DNA from: Bacteroidota bacterium
GTDB lineage: Bacteria > Bacteroidota > Bacteroidia > Flavobacteriales_D > Crocinitomicaceae
Reading direction: 5' to 3'
DNA length: 64,000 nt
NCBI GenBank assembly: GCA_039798485.1
Contig: JBDKGB010000027.1
Span: forward strand, 1,240-65,239
Numbering within the stretch: position 1 is the stretch's first letter; every line of letters begins with the position of its first letter. Both the position numbers and the translations under genes were made by a program. Below are positions 1 through 10,432 of the stretch, one piece after another. Below the pieces are notes generated by a model. That model made no database searches, was not told where the DNA came from, and worked only from the letters and a program-made list of their open reading frames with translations.

Positions 1-888
1 TTGTTCAAAGATTACACCCTCTTTCAGCGAATATGGCGAGATGAAAACCTGCTTGGCAGGAATTTGTTTGAGCACCCAGCGGGTTTTAACAGCAGCAATG
101 GGTGCCATCTTTTTTCGAATGGGAATAATCCACTCGTTTTGATCGCGTTCCTCTTTTGTAGAGGCAATGATCTGTTCTAAAATTACATGTAACCGTTCTA
201 CCGAAATTTCAATCGAACGGTTCAACGATGGAAATGCATCATTGTGGATCAACTCGTAGAATGTTTCAAAACTTCCTGAAGCACCGATGAGCACCTTTTC
301 TCCTCGATTTTCAAAAAATGCACCTGCATTTGCGTTGAGCCAATCTTCAATGTTCGAGATATCCTTATCCGTCAACGGGTCAGACAAATCAAACAGCTGA
401 AATATGCGCGATACGCCAATGTTCATGCTGATCAAATCGTGTATGCCTGTTTCATCTGCCGAAATAAATTCAGTACTTCCACCACCAATGTCCATGATCA
501 ACGCGTGCTCGTTGAACTGATGCGAAGCTGCAATTCCTTTGTGGATCAACTCTGCCTCACGGTAACCACTCACGATTTCAATGTCAATGCCCAACTGCTC
601 TTTTACCAGAAGGCTAAATTCAAGTGCATTTTTTGCATCGCGTATAGCAGACGTACCAATGGCTTTAATGATCGAAACATGATGCACATCACAGACGTGT
701 TTAAAATGCGTCAATGCCTTCAACGCACGATCAATGGCATCTTTCGAAATCGTTTGATGGTTGATACCGCCCATACCGAGGGCCACTCCTTCTTTTTCGC
801 TGTGTAGCACATCGATGCCTTTATCATTTATCTCTACAATAAGTAAATTAAAGGTATTCGTGCCCAGATCAATGACAGCCTTTTTCAT
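1..888 (-). CDS. ppx: Ppx/GppA family phosphatase (exopolyphosphatase-like); 3' end runs off the window start
   Basis: Absent from the ORF track because no stop lies in the window. My minus-strand translation from the ATG at 888..886 reads MKKAVIDLGTNTFNLLIVE...HALIMDIGGGSTEFI... and stays open to position 1. DLGTNT and DIGGGSTE are the ASKHA phosphate-binding motifs typical of Ppx/GppA. Confidence 0.75.
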   Translation of the reverse strand, partial: MKKAVIDLGTNTFNLLIVEINDKGIDVLHSEKEGVALGMGGINHQTISKDAIDRALKALTHFKHVCDVHHVSIIKAIGTSAIRDAKNALEFSLLVKEQLGIDIEIVSGYREAELIHKGIAASHQFNEHALIMDIGGGSTEFISADETGIHDLISMNIGVSRIFQLFDLSDPLTDKDISNIEDWLNANAGAFFENRGEKVLIGASGSFETFYELIHNDAFPSLNRSIEISVERLHVILEQIIASTKEERDQNEWIIPIRKKMAPIAAVKTRWVLKQIPAKQVFISPYSLKEGVIFEQ

Positions 889-890
889 GC

Positions 891-2207
891 TTACATGCGT
901 TTCAACCAACGAAGCAACATACCAAAGCGCAGTCGATGTCCAAATTGCAGGATTCCATTACGGTACAATCTTCCCGCAAGCACAAGTACGCCAGCCGCAC
1001 TCAACATGAGAATGATCAAGGACATCCAAATCTCATAGGCATGTCCTGGGGCATAGCCCAATGACAGTTTCACCATCACGACGACAGGTGACGTAAATGG
1101 TAGGTAGTGAAAGAGTGTTGCCAATCCACTTTCGGGATTCAGGAGCGAATAATACCCTGCAAAAAGGGCAAAACAAAGCAAGAAAATTAGCGGTAAAACG
1201 AATTGTTGACCATCACTCTCGGAACCTGATGTTGCTCCGATGGCAGCAAACAAAGCCCCATAAAAAAGGTACCCTACAATAAAAAATAAGATGAAGTAAA
1301 AAGTCATCGTTCCAAACCGTATGCGTTCATAGACCAAATCAACAAATTGATTGTATTCTTTCGCCGCAAAGAAACTATCCGATGCATGTTCACCCATTGC
1401 TACGACATGATTCGGGTCGAATAAATCTGGAAAAACATAACTGCGCATGAGCAAAAGGCCAATGGCGACAAATAGCATCCACACAACAAACTGGATAAAT
1501 GCAGCGATTCCAATACCAACGATTTTGCCCATCATCAATTGATTTGGATGAACTGTAGCCAAAAGAACTTCGACTATGCGGTTGCTTTTCTCTCGAGTCA
1601 CACTTCGGAGAATTGTCATACCGAAAAGAAAGATGAAGGCAAAGATAAGTCCACCGTAAAACAAGCCTACCCATCCGCGAAGGTCTGAAGCTTCATCCAT
1701 GGGATCATTGACATTTCTGAAGGCCATATTGAGCGGTTGTTTGACTTTTCTAAACTCTCGAATAGACAAATCTGTAAATTGTGCCACCATCACCTCCTCG
1801 ATTCGACGTTCAACCTGGTATCGAATCATCGTTTGCATGCGCAAGGAAGGATTTTCGCGGTAGAAGACAAAGGACAACTTATTGGAAAGAATTTTTTCAT
1901 TGATCTCGACGAGAGCATCAAATTCACGGAATTTTTTAGCATCGCGAAATTCATCCATTTCGATGTAGCCACTGAAAAACGTATAGGTCACATCCGGATT
2001 TTCACCTACTAAAATCTTATTGTCCATGATTCCAGTTGGATCAGCGATAAGCACATTCCATTTCTGTTGACCTTCACCACCAAAGACAAATAGAAAATAG
2101 ATCAACACCAAAATCAACACCGGACCAGCGATCATCATTCCAACAAAGGATCTTGATCCCAAGCGTTCTTTCAATTCGCGCATCGCGACCAACCAACTGT
2201 TACGCAT
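891..2207 (-). CDS. ABC-2 type transporter permease (NatB-like)
   Basis: ORF 891..2240 is a polytopic membrane protein with a large N-terminal loop followed by several TM helices, directly downstream of an ABC ATPase. I trimmed the start to the ATG at 2207 (MRNSWLVAMRELKERLG) because the longer form overlaps the ATPase stop at 2200. Confidence 0.7.
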   Translation of the reverse strand: MRNSWLVAMRELKERLGSRSFVGMMIAGPVLILVLIYFLFVFGGEGQQKWNVLIADPTGIMDNKILVGENPDVTYTFFSGYIEMDEFRDAKKFREFDALVEINEKILSNKLSFVFYRENPSLRMQTMIRYQVERRIEEVMVAQFTDLSIREFRKVKQPLNMAFRNVNDPMDEASDLRGWVGLFYGGLIFAFIFLFGMTILRSVTREKSNRIVEVLLATVHPNQLMMGKIVGIGIAAFIQFVVWMLFVAIGLLLMRSYVFPDLFDPNHVVAMGEHASDSFFAAKEYNQFVDLVYERIRFGTMTFYFILFFIVGYLFYGALFAAIGATSGSESDGQQFVLPLIFLLCFALFAGYYSLLNPESGLATLFHYLPFTSPVVVMVKLSLGYAPGHAYEIWMSLIILMLSAAGVLVLAGRLYRNGILQFGHRLRFGMLLRWLKRM

Positions 2208-3129
2208 GATTTCCTTCGGTTTTAGGTGTGACCAAGTCAATAAATATATCTTGCATGGAAGGCAACACTTCCCATACTGCCTCGATGCGCACGTGCCCCA
2301 TCATGGCGCGCAAAAGATCATCAAAGTTGGCGTCCCCGCGTGTTTTCAAACGTGCAATGAAACGATCGTCTGCCAAGATTTCCTTGTCCACAAGTTCAAA
2401 ATTTGTCCACAAGGCATTCACAAAGGCAATCATTGAACCTCGGAATTTAATGGCAATCTCTCCTGTTTTTCTCGACTCTCTGATCTCCGATACTGTACCT
2501 TCAAGAATCTTCTTTGAATGGTCAATCAAAGCGACACGGTCACAAATCTCCTCCACACTTTTCATGTTGTGTGTCGAGAGAATGATCATTTTTCCTTTGG
2601 CACGCATTTCAACAAGTTCTTGCTTGATGAGCTCAACATTCACTGGATCGAAACCACTCAAGGGTTCATCTAAAATGAGCATTTTTGGTTCGTGCAAAAC
2701 CGTGCAAATGAATTGAACCTTTTGCGCCATTCCTTTCGACAACTCTTCGATGCGCTTTTTCTTCCAATCGGAAATATCAAATTTTTCAAGCCAAGAGTCA
2801 AGTTGCATTTTTACATCGCGTTTCGATAGCCCGCGCAATTGACCAAGAAATAAAGCGTGGTCTTCAACCGTCATTGATTTGTACAAGCCTCGTTCTTCCG
2901 GAAGGTACCCCACCATCGACAAGTGCTTTTGTGTCATAAGGTCGCCGTTGATTCGGACCACACCGCGATCTGCGTCGATGATTCTGTTTATGATGCGAAT
3001 TAGCGTGGTTTTACCTGCGCCATTAGGACCAAGAAGTCCAAAGATTTCTCCTTCACGCACCGACAACGAAACATCTTCGAGGGCTGTTTTACGAAAAAAG
3101 GATTTTGAGATGTGCTGTACTTCAAGCAT
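2200..3129 (-). CDS. ABC transporter ATP-binding protein (NatA-like)
   Basis: Walker A GPNGAGKTT, signature LSKGMAQK, Walker B MLILDEP. Confidence 0.9.
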   Translation of the reverse strand: MLEVQHISKSFFRKTALEDVSLSVREGEIFGLLGPNGAGKTTLIRIINRIIDADRGVVRINGDLMTQKHLSMVGYLPEERGLYKSMTVEDHALFLGQLRGLSKRDVKMQLDSWLEKFDISDWKKKRIEELSKGMAQKVQFICTVLHEPKMLILDEPLSGFDPVNVELIKQELVEMRAKGKMIILSTHNMKSVEEICDRVALIDHSKKILEGTVSEIRESRKTGEIAIKFRGSMIAFVNALWTNFELVDKEILADDRFIARLKTRGDANFDDLLRAMMGHVRIEAVWEVLPSMQDIFIDLVTPKTEGNHA

Positions 3130-3215
3130 TCAATGTGATTTCGAACTTAAAACTATCTTTTTTTTCTGAAGTACGAAAATCAAGACATGAATAAAACAAA
3201 CGGCCCGAGTTTATA

Positions 3216-4130
3216 TCATTGCTGATCGAACAACGTTGTCCTCATGTTTTTCCACTTGTAAATTTTCGCAAAGGCCAAAAGCAACAAGGGTTGAAGTACA
3301 AGCATTGTCGCAATCACATCCCACCCAAATGTTGGTTTGGCATGGTCAATCCAAAGTGCATCTGTTTGAAAAGCCTGCCACTCGTTGGTTAAAATGAGTG
3401 CTGCAAAAATGTTGTTTGCCGCATGGTAGCCCATCGAAAGTTCGAGACCATCATCCATCAGCACCATCAATCCGAGAAAAATGCCTGTTATAATGTAATA
3501 GCTCATCACTCCATAGCCCAGCGTTTGAACCTCTGGATTTGCTGCGTGCATGAGGCCAAAAAGCACCCCTGTGACAAGAACTGTGATCCAACCTCGACGA
3601 TTTTTGTGACCAAAGGCTTGAAACAAATAACCTCTAAAGAGTGCTTCTTCAGCAGTCGTTTGAATTGGGATGAGCAGTAATGAAATCAATATAAGCGGTA
3701 AAATCGTCGACGGATTCATGTTCCATTGAATTTGGTCATTGTCCACCATCATCAGACCAAGCAAAAGTGCCATCACGCCAGTCCAAATTCCCGCTGAAAA
3801 GAAAAATCTCTTCCAATCGAATTGCGAACGTGCAGTGAATAGTGACAAGATGCTTCGCTTGTGTATGAAGCGGTTACACAGCATAAGCGTCAAAAGGACC
3901 AAAACAAAAGGAAAAAGTAGGTAACCAAGGATGGTGTTTTCACCTAAGCGTGCTGTCCAATCCGACATGTTTCCAGACAAGGCTCCCTCACCACCTCCGT
4001 TGGCTATCGATAGGTGCACAAGCAATGGAATGGAACCAAGAATTGCATAACACAACACAACAATGCACAAGGTCAATATGTACCCTGAAATGCGGTTATT
4101 GCCTTGATCAGCGTTGGTTAAAAATGACAT
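3216..4130 (-). CDS. CPBP family intramembrane metalloprotease (CAAX protease-like)
   Basis: Polytopic membrane protein carrying the CPBP motifs EEALFRG, FGLMHAANP and HAANN. Confidence 0.8.
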   Translation of the reverse strand: MSFLTNADQGNNRISGYILTLCIVVLCYAILGSIPLLVHLSIANGGGEGALSGNMSDWTARLGENTILGYLLFPFVLVLLTLMLCNRFIHKRSILSLFTARSQFDWKRFFFSAGIWTGVMALLLGLMMVDNDQIQWNMNPSTILPLILISLLLIPIQTTAEEALFRGYLFQAFGHKNRRGWITVLVTGVLFGLMHAANPEVQTLGYGVMSYYIITGIFLGLMVLMDDGLELSMGYHAANNIFAALILTNEWQAFQTDALWIDHAKPTFGWDVIATMLVLQPLLLLAFAKIYKWKNMRTTLFDQQ

Positions 4131-4136
4131 GTACGT

Positions 4137-5261
<1,125 letters not shown>

Positions 5262-5819
5262 TTACTGTCCAACCAACACTTGAGCAAAGCGAATCACCTT
5301 TTCATTCAGGTAATATCCCTTGCGAATATCTTCAATTACTTTTCCTTTATCCTCTTCTGATGGTGCAGGGATGTTGGCAATCGCTTCGTGAAGGTCACTG
5401 TCAAATTTTTCACCTTTCGCTTCCATCGCCTTCAATCCTTTTGAAAGCAAAAGAGCCAACATTTTCGAATGAATTAAGTTGAACCCTTCCTTCACACTGT
5501 CGATGTTATCTGCCGTTTCATTGTTGGCAACCGCACGTTCAAAATCATCCAAAATAGGCAACAAGTCTCTCAGAAGTTGTGCATTGGCATTTTCGATGGT
5601 TTCTAAATGCTCTCTGCGGGAACGCTTTCTGAAATTATCAAAATCAGCGTGCAGGCGCAAAAAGCGCTCATTCAGTTCCAGGTATTTATCTTCTGCAGTT
5701 AGTTCAGCAGGTTCATTCACATGCTCTTCGGATGTCGTTTCCGCTTGTGTATCCATCTCATGTTGTTGCTCGTTTTCAGCACCTTTTCCCTCCTCATTCG
5801 GATTTTTTTCATCTACCAT
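5262..5819 (-). CDS. grpE: Nucleotide exchange factor GrpE
   Basis: Acidic N-terminus, FDNFRKR motif and LLPILDDFERA, located directly upstream of dnaJ. Confidence 0.9.
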   Translation of the reverse strand: MVDEKNPNEEGKGAENEQQHEMDTQAETTSEEHVNEPAELTAEDKYLELNERFLRLHADFDNFRKRSRREHLETIENANAQLLRDLLPILDDFERAVANNETADNIDSVKEGFNLIHSKMLALLLSKGLKAMEAKGEKFDSDLHEAIANIPAPSEEDKGKVIEDIRKGYYLNEKVIRFAQVLVGQ

Positions 5820-5831
5820 AACACATTATTT

Positions 5832-5854
5832 TTTGACTCGCCGCCTCAGTCAAA
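5832..5854. promoter_or_regulatory. 7-bp perfect inverted repeat with 9-nt spacer (TTTGACT-N9-AGTCAAA), about 13 nt upstream of the grpE start
   Basis: Read directly from the sequence. Its position in the grpE-dnaJ leader fits either an operator or a 5'UTR hairpin. It is not the CIRCE consensus. Confidence 0.25.
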
Positions 5855-5981
5855 GATACTGCCAATCATTTTATTCGGACATGATGGCAGTTTTTTTATT
5901 CAAAGGGTGAAAAGTTGGCATTTCCGAGCGAAAAAAATTGCCTTTAGAATCATTACATTTGTCGTTACAAAATTTAAACGA

Positions 5982-7448
5982 TTGAAAGTTCTAAAACCCA
6001 TACATGTACTCCTATTTACCCTTGGTGTGTTGCTCCTGTTATCACCCATTGTCATTTTTATTCCTGAAGGAGGATGGAACATTTTCGGCTACAAATTGCA
6101 GTTCATGTCCAAAACAGAGTTCTTTCACCCAATAAAACAAGAGAAGAAGGACATCTCCAAACTTGTCGCAAAAGTTGATACTTCTGGAATTGAAGACCCT
6201 TTGCTTCAGCATAAAAACGGATCCGATGGATCTTTCGGGGCTCCGAATGGCGGTGAACTTTCGACAGAATCGAGTACCTCCATTGCACTCAACGATGCAG
6301 GGCTTCAAAACCTTCACAGCTTCTTCACGAAATTGCAAAATGCTTCTACAGACAAAAAGAAGATCCATATTTTTCACTACGGTGATTCCCAAATTGAAGG
6401 AGACCGCATGACAGCCTATATTCGTCAGCGTATTCAAAATCAATTTGGTGGTACAGGACCAGGATTAATTCCTGCTATGAATGTGTATGCAACAAACACC
6501 TTCAAGCAGAGCCTTTCTGCCAACTTTGTTCGATACACCTGCTTTGGAGGAGATAAATTGAAAAACAAAAAATATGGTGCTTTGGGTTCCGCCGCGCGAT
6601 TTACTGCCGAAATGGATAGCTCGGGCATGAAAAATAAGACATCCATCGAAGAAGGTTGGATTGAGATTGAACCCAACAAGTCTGCCTATTCAAGAGCAAA
6701 AGAATACAACAATGTGAAGATGTTCTATACCAGTTGCTTGAAACCATGTGGACTAAAAGTGTATCAGAATGGCAATCTTATTCACGAGGATAGTTTGAAA
6801 ACAGACGGCAAATTGCACAGTGTCGATCTTTCTTTTGCAGCGACACCCGGAAAGTTAAAATATGTGTTTTCGGCGTCTGTCAGTCCGACGATATGTGGAT
6901 TTTCTCTAGAAGGAGACTATGGTGTTCAAGTCAACAATGTGGGGATGCGTGGTTCTAGTGGAACAATCTACGGGTACATGGACCAAGGGATTACTTCACA
7001 AATGTATGGGGACTTAAATACAGAATTGATCATCATGCAATTTGGAGGGAATTCTGTTCCCTCATTTAAAGACTCGAGTTCGGTGCGAAATTTCACCCGA
7101 AATTTTAAGGGACAGTTGAATACCATTCATAAGTTACGTCCCTCTGCAGCAATCATCGTTATTGGCCCGAGCGATATGTCGCGACTTGAAAAAGGTGTCT
7201 ATGAAACCTACCCCCTTCTTCCCTACTGTGTCGAACAGATGAAAAAAATCAGCCTTGAGGTTGGTGCAGGCTATTGGGATTTGTTCAGTGCCATGGGCGG
7301 TAAAAATTCAATGCCTTCATGGGTTGAACAAGGTCTCGCAGGCAAGGATTACATCCATTTCAGCAATGGTGGGGCAAGCTATGCCTCACAAATGTTCTTC
7401 GATGCATTTGCAGCTGAATTTGCAAAATGGCAAAAGGGAAAGAAATAA
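5982..7448 (+). CDS. SGNH/GDSL hydrolase family protein (membrane-anchored)
   Basis: ORF 5721..7448 contains HIFHYGDSQIEGD (a GDS block) and a late DYIHFS (DxxH-like) block. The 5' 260 nt overlap grpE antisense, so I trimmed the start to the in-frame TTG at 5982, which precedes an N-terminal hydrophobic helix (KVLKPIHVLLFTLGVLLLLSPIVIF). The start is uncertain. Confidence 0.65.
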   Translation: MKVLKPIHVLLFTLGVLLLLSPIVIFIPEGGWNIFGYKLQFMSKTEFFHPIKQEKKDISKLVAKVDTSGIEDPLLQHKNGSDGSFGAPNGGELSTESSTSIALNDAGLQNLHSFFTKLQNASTDKKKIHIFHYGDSQIEGDRMTAYIRQRIQNQFGGTGPGLIPAMNVYATNTFKQSLSANFVRYTCFGGDKLKNKKYGALGSAARFTAEMDSSGMKNKTSIEEGWIEIEPNKSAYSRAKEYNNVKMFYTSCLKPCGLKVYQNGNLIHEDSLKTDGKLHSVDLSFAATPGKLKYVFSASVSPTICGFSLEGDYGVQVNNVGMRGSSGTIYGYMDQGITSQMYGDLNTELIIMQFGGNSVPSFKDSSSVRNFTRNFKGQLNTIHKLRPSAAIIVIGPSDMSRLEKGVYETYPLLPYCVEQMKKISLEVGAGYWDLFSAMGGKNSMPSWVEQGLAGKDYIHFSNGGASYASQMFFDAFAAEFAKWQKGKK

Positions 7449-7452
7449 TTCA

Positions 7453-8763
7453 TTGACATTGAGGACACTGCTCACGTTTCTATTTATCGTAACTGGTTTT
7501 GAACTTTTGTTTGGCCAGAAGGAGGAACCTATGAGCAATTATTGTTTCCCAAATTTCCAAGAAATTGATTCGAATGCAATTTTCAAATATCCGTTTATTG
7601 ATCCATCCGTCAATCATTTTCGATTTTATTGCAACCAAAGTAAAAATTGGGAACTGCTTGCAAAACGAATGGATTCCTTGATTGAATTTCAGCAAGGCAA
7701 GATGCATTTTTACCATATTGGAGGATCCCACTTACAAGCAGACATTTACACCCATGACATCCGTTCATTTTTACAAAGCAACTGGGAAGGAATTCCGGGT
7801 GAACGCGGCATGGTGTTTCCCTTCAAGTTGGCACACACCAACAATCCATCCAACTACGAATTCAGCTCACCAAATACATGGACAGCCTTTCGCAGTGTGA
7901 CAAGTACACCCGCGACCATAGACTTCGGAGTAATGGGTGCGGCCATTACTTGCAACGACTCAGTCATTAACCTGTACTTTCGCCACAACCGCAGCAGTGT
8001 GCAACCACCATTCAACAAGGTGCGCATTCTTCACAACAAAGGAGAATTGCCTTTTGACATCAATTTTGGCGGGGATGAAATCTTGGTAGAGTCCATCTAT
8101 CAAAACCCGACCTTGGGCTACTCGGAAATCACATTTTCAGACCCGATTGATGTACTTGATGTTCAATTTTCACGAAAAAATCAACTGCCACTTGAATTGG
8201 AAATCTACGGCTTTCAATTTCTGAACGACCTTCCAGGGATTTCGTACACAAGCATTGGCGTTAATGGCGCAGGACTTTACACCTATTTGGGATGTAAAAA
8301 CTTTGAGGAGCAATTGTCCATATATCCACCCGACTTCTTTGCTTTTTCAGTAGGGACAAATGATGGTAATGTACCATATGACCAGTTTGATCCGCAAGTG
8401 TATAAAAGAAACCTTGAGAAGATGATTCAAAAAGTGCTTCGTGTAAATCCCAATTGCGCGATTCTTTTGACAGTGCCAAACGATTCATATTATCACCAGC
8501 ATTACCTCAACCGTAACATTGCACGAGAACGAGAAATGATCATTGAACTGGCTGAAACCTATCACGCGGCGGTTTGGGATTTTTATGGAATCATGGGGGA
8601 ACTAGGATCCTCCAAACTTTGGAAAAACAATGGGTTGATGCAAGGCGATTTGGTCCATTTCACCTCCCCAGGCTACCATTTAAAGGGAGAACTTTTCACG
8701 GATTCGTTCCTGAAGTTTCTTCGTCAAATGCACGAACGAACGATACAAACAACATTAAACTGA
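7453..8763 (+). CDS. SGNH/GDSL-like hydrolase family protein (second copy)
   Basis: ORF 7255..8763 contains FYHIGGSHLQADI, FSVGTNDG and GDLVHFT blocks. I trimmed the start to the TTG at 7453 or 7459, just after the upstream stop and before the hydrophobic LRTLLTFLFIVTGF segment. The start is uncertain. Confidence 0.6.
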   Translation: MTLRTLLTFLFIVTGFELLFGQKEEPMSNYCFPNFQEIDSNAIFKYPFIDPSVNHFRFYCNQSKNWELLAKRMDSLIEFQQGKMHFYHIGGSHLQADIYTHDIRSFLQSNWEGIPGERGMVFPFKLAHTNNPSNYEFSSPNTWTAFRSVTSTPATIDFGVMGAAITCNDSVINLYFRHNRSSVQPPFNKVRILHNKGELPFDINFGGDEILVESIYQNPTLGYSEITFSDPIDVLDVQFSRKNQLPLELEIYGFQFLNDLPGISYTSIGVNGAGLYTYLGCKNFEEQLSIYPPDFFAFSVGTNDGNVPYDQFDPQVYKRNLEKMIQKVLRVNPNCAILLTVPNDSYYHQHYLNRNIAREREMIIELAETYHAAVWDFYGIMGELGSSKLWKNNGLMQGDLVHFTSPGYHLKGELFTDSFLKFLRQMHERTIQTTLN

Positions 8764-8767
8764 ATAC

Positions 8768-10432
8768 ATGGAACGACTGTGGCAAATATTCTCCTTCAAT
8801 GAAAAAGAACCTCTGATATTCACACAGTTGGACTTTTGGCTTTTCTTTTTGGCGGTGATGATCATCTTCTCTATGATTCACAAGCATTTCTTGGTGCGAA
8901 GTATTTTCCTAACGGCAGTTTCCATTTTCTTTTATTTCAAGACCTCTGGATTGTTTGTTATTCTTTTGTGCATTAGTTTAGTTGGGAATTACTTTTTCGG
9001 AAAATGGGTGCACGACGCTCAACGGGAGCGCTCAAAGAAGTGGATCATAGGTATAGGGGCCTTTCTCAATCTTGCCGTCCTCGCCTACTTCAAGTATTCC
9101 TACTTCTTCACCGATTCGTTCAACGAGATGTTTCACACCGACTTCAAGGTGTTCAACCATTTGGCCTACATGGGAAATAGCTTCTTTGGCGAAGGCAGTT
9201 TTAATGTCGATAAAATCGTACTTCCTGTTGGCGTTTCCTTCTTTACTTTTCAGAGCATTTCCTATTTCATTGACATCTACCGAAAGGAGATTGAGCCTGT
9301 AAAGAATTTCTTTGATTACACCTTCTTCGTCACATACTTCCCACAACTTGTCGCTGGACCTATCGTTCGAGCGCGCGATTTCATCCCACAGATTCGTCAG
9401 CCCTTTGCGCTTGATAAAGATGCATTCAGCTGGTCAATCATACAGATTGTGAAGGGTTTACTTAAGAAGATTGTACTTGCGGATTACATTGCTGTGCATT
9501 TCATTGATAAAATTGTGGATGCACCTGAAGCCTATCCTGGATTTGTGAGTGTTTTGGCCATGTGGGGTTATTCGCTTCAGATTTACGGCGATTTTTCTGG
9601 ATACACTGATATAGCGATTGGACTTTCCCGATTGATGGGCTTCAATCTGCTTGAAAATTTCCGGTCACCGTACAAGGCCGTTAGCGTGGCAGATTTTTGG
9701 AGAAGATGGCACAAATCTTTGGGTTCATGGCTCCGCGATTATTTGTACATTCCATTGGGAGGTAACAAGACAGGAGGATTTGGCACCTACATCGCCACAG
9801 CCATCATTTTTGTGTTTTTAATCTTCATCACGCAATGGTACGAGTTGATCTATGTTTATCTCGGATTGACTGTGGTGTATATATTGGGCGTCTTGTTTAT
9901 TCCAAACTTCAAGCAGTATGTTCACCGGGACTTAAACCTCTTGATCACCATGGTAGTGGGTGGCTTGTGGCACGGTGCCAGTGAGAATTTTGTGATTTGG
10001 GGAGCGATGAATGGAGCCGCTTTGGTGATCTACAACTATTGGCGTAAAATTTCACCATATGAAAATTCAACATGGTTGGTGGTTCATTTTTGGAAAGTGT
10101 TCCTCACCTTCAACTTCATCACGTTCACGCGAATTTGGTTCCGCTTTGAAGATGAAGGCGCACCGATGGCCATGATCAACCACGTTTGGAATCATTTTGA
10201 CTTTACCTTGGAAACATTTGGACTGGTACTTTGGACTTATCAGAGCGTGTTCTGGGTTATTCTATTTGGGTTCATCGTACATTGGCTGCCTGACAATATT
10301 AAATTGATGTGGGAGAAATTGTTCAGCCGATCACCGATGCCTGTTCAAGCCATGGCGGTAGCGATCATCGTTGTCCTCATGTACCAAGCAGTGTCGGATA
10401 CCTTTAAGCCTTTCGTATATTTCCAGTTTTAG
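8768..10432 (+). CDS. MBOAT family O-acyltransferase (AlgI/PatA/DltB-like)
   Basis: Polytopic membrane protein with FWRRWHKSLGSWLRDYLYIPLGGN and the GGLWHGAS histidine motif typical of MBOAT. Confidence 0.85.
   Translation: MERLWQIFSFNEKEPLIFTQLDFWLFFLAVMIIFSMIHKHFLVRSIFLTAVSIFFYFKTSGLFVILLCISLVGNYFFGKWVHDAQRERSKKWIIGIGAFLNLAVLAYFKYSYFFTDSFNEMFHTDFKVFNHLAYMGNSFFGEGSFNVDKIVLPVGVSFFTFQSISYFIDIYRKEIEPVKNFFDYTFFVTYFPQLVAGPIVRARDFIPQIRQPFALDKDAFSWSIIQIVKGLLKKIVLADYIAVHFIDKIVDAPEAYPGFVSVLAMWGYSLQIYGDFSGYTDIAIGLSRLMGFNLLENFRSPYKAVSVADFWRRWHKSLGSWLRDYLYIPLGGNKTGGFGTYIATAIIFVFLIFITQWYELIYVYLGLTVVYILGVLFIPNFKQYVHRDLNLLITMVVGGLWHGASENFVIWGAMNGAALVIYNYWRKISPYENSTWLVVHFWKVFLTFNFITFTRIWFRFEDEGAPMAMINHVWNHFDFTLETFGLVLWTYQSVFWVILFGFIVHWLPDNIKLMWEKLFSRSPMPVQAMAVAIIVVLMYQAVSDTFKPFVYFQF

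Noticed and set aside
439-1009. Plus-strand ORFs 439..807 and 761..1009
   Set aside because: They are antisense to a clear Ppx/GppA coding frame (and, for 891..1009, to the 3' end of the ABC-2 permease gene) on the minus strand, and their products are low-complexity and Cys-rich with no motifs.
5721-5981. 5' extensions of ORF-track entries (5721, 7255, 44494, 58592, 59206, 29871, 27517, 57290, 2240, 48314, 50871, 52599, 54472, 31268)
   Set aside because: The extensions overlap neighbouring genes or precede obvious signal peptides or conserved N-termini. I trimmed the starts to internal ATG/TTG/GTG codons; some remain uncertain.
5820-5981. CIRCE (HrcA) operator upstream of grpE-dnaJ
   Set aside because: There is no TTAGCACTC-N9-GAGTGCTAA-like sequence. 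Only the unrelated TTTGACT-N9-AGTCAAA repeat is present, and it is reported separately at low confidence.
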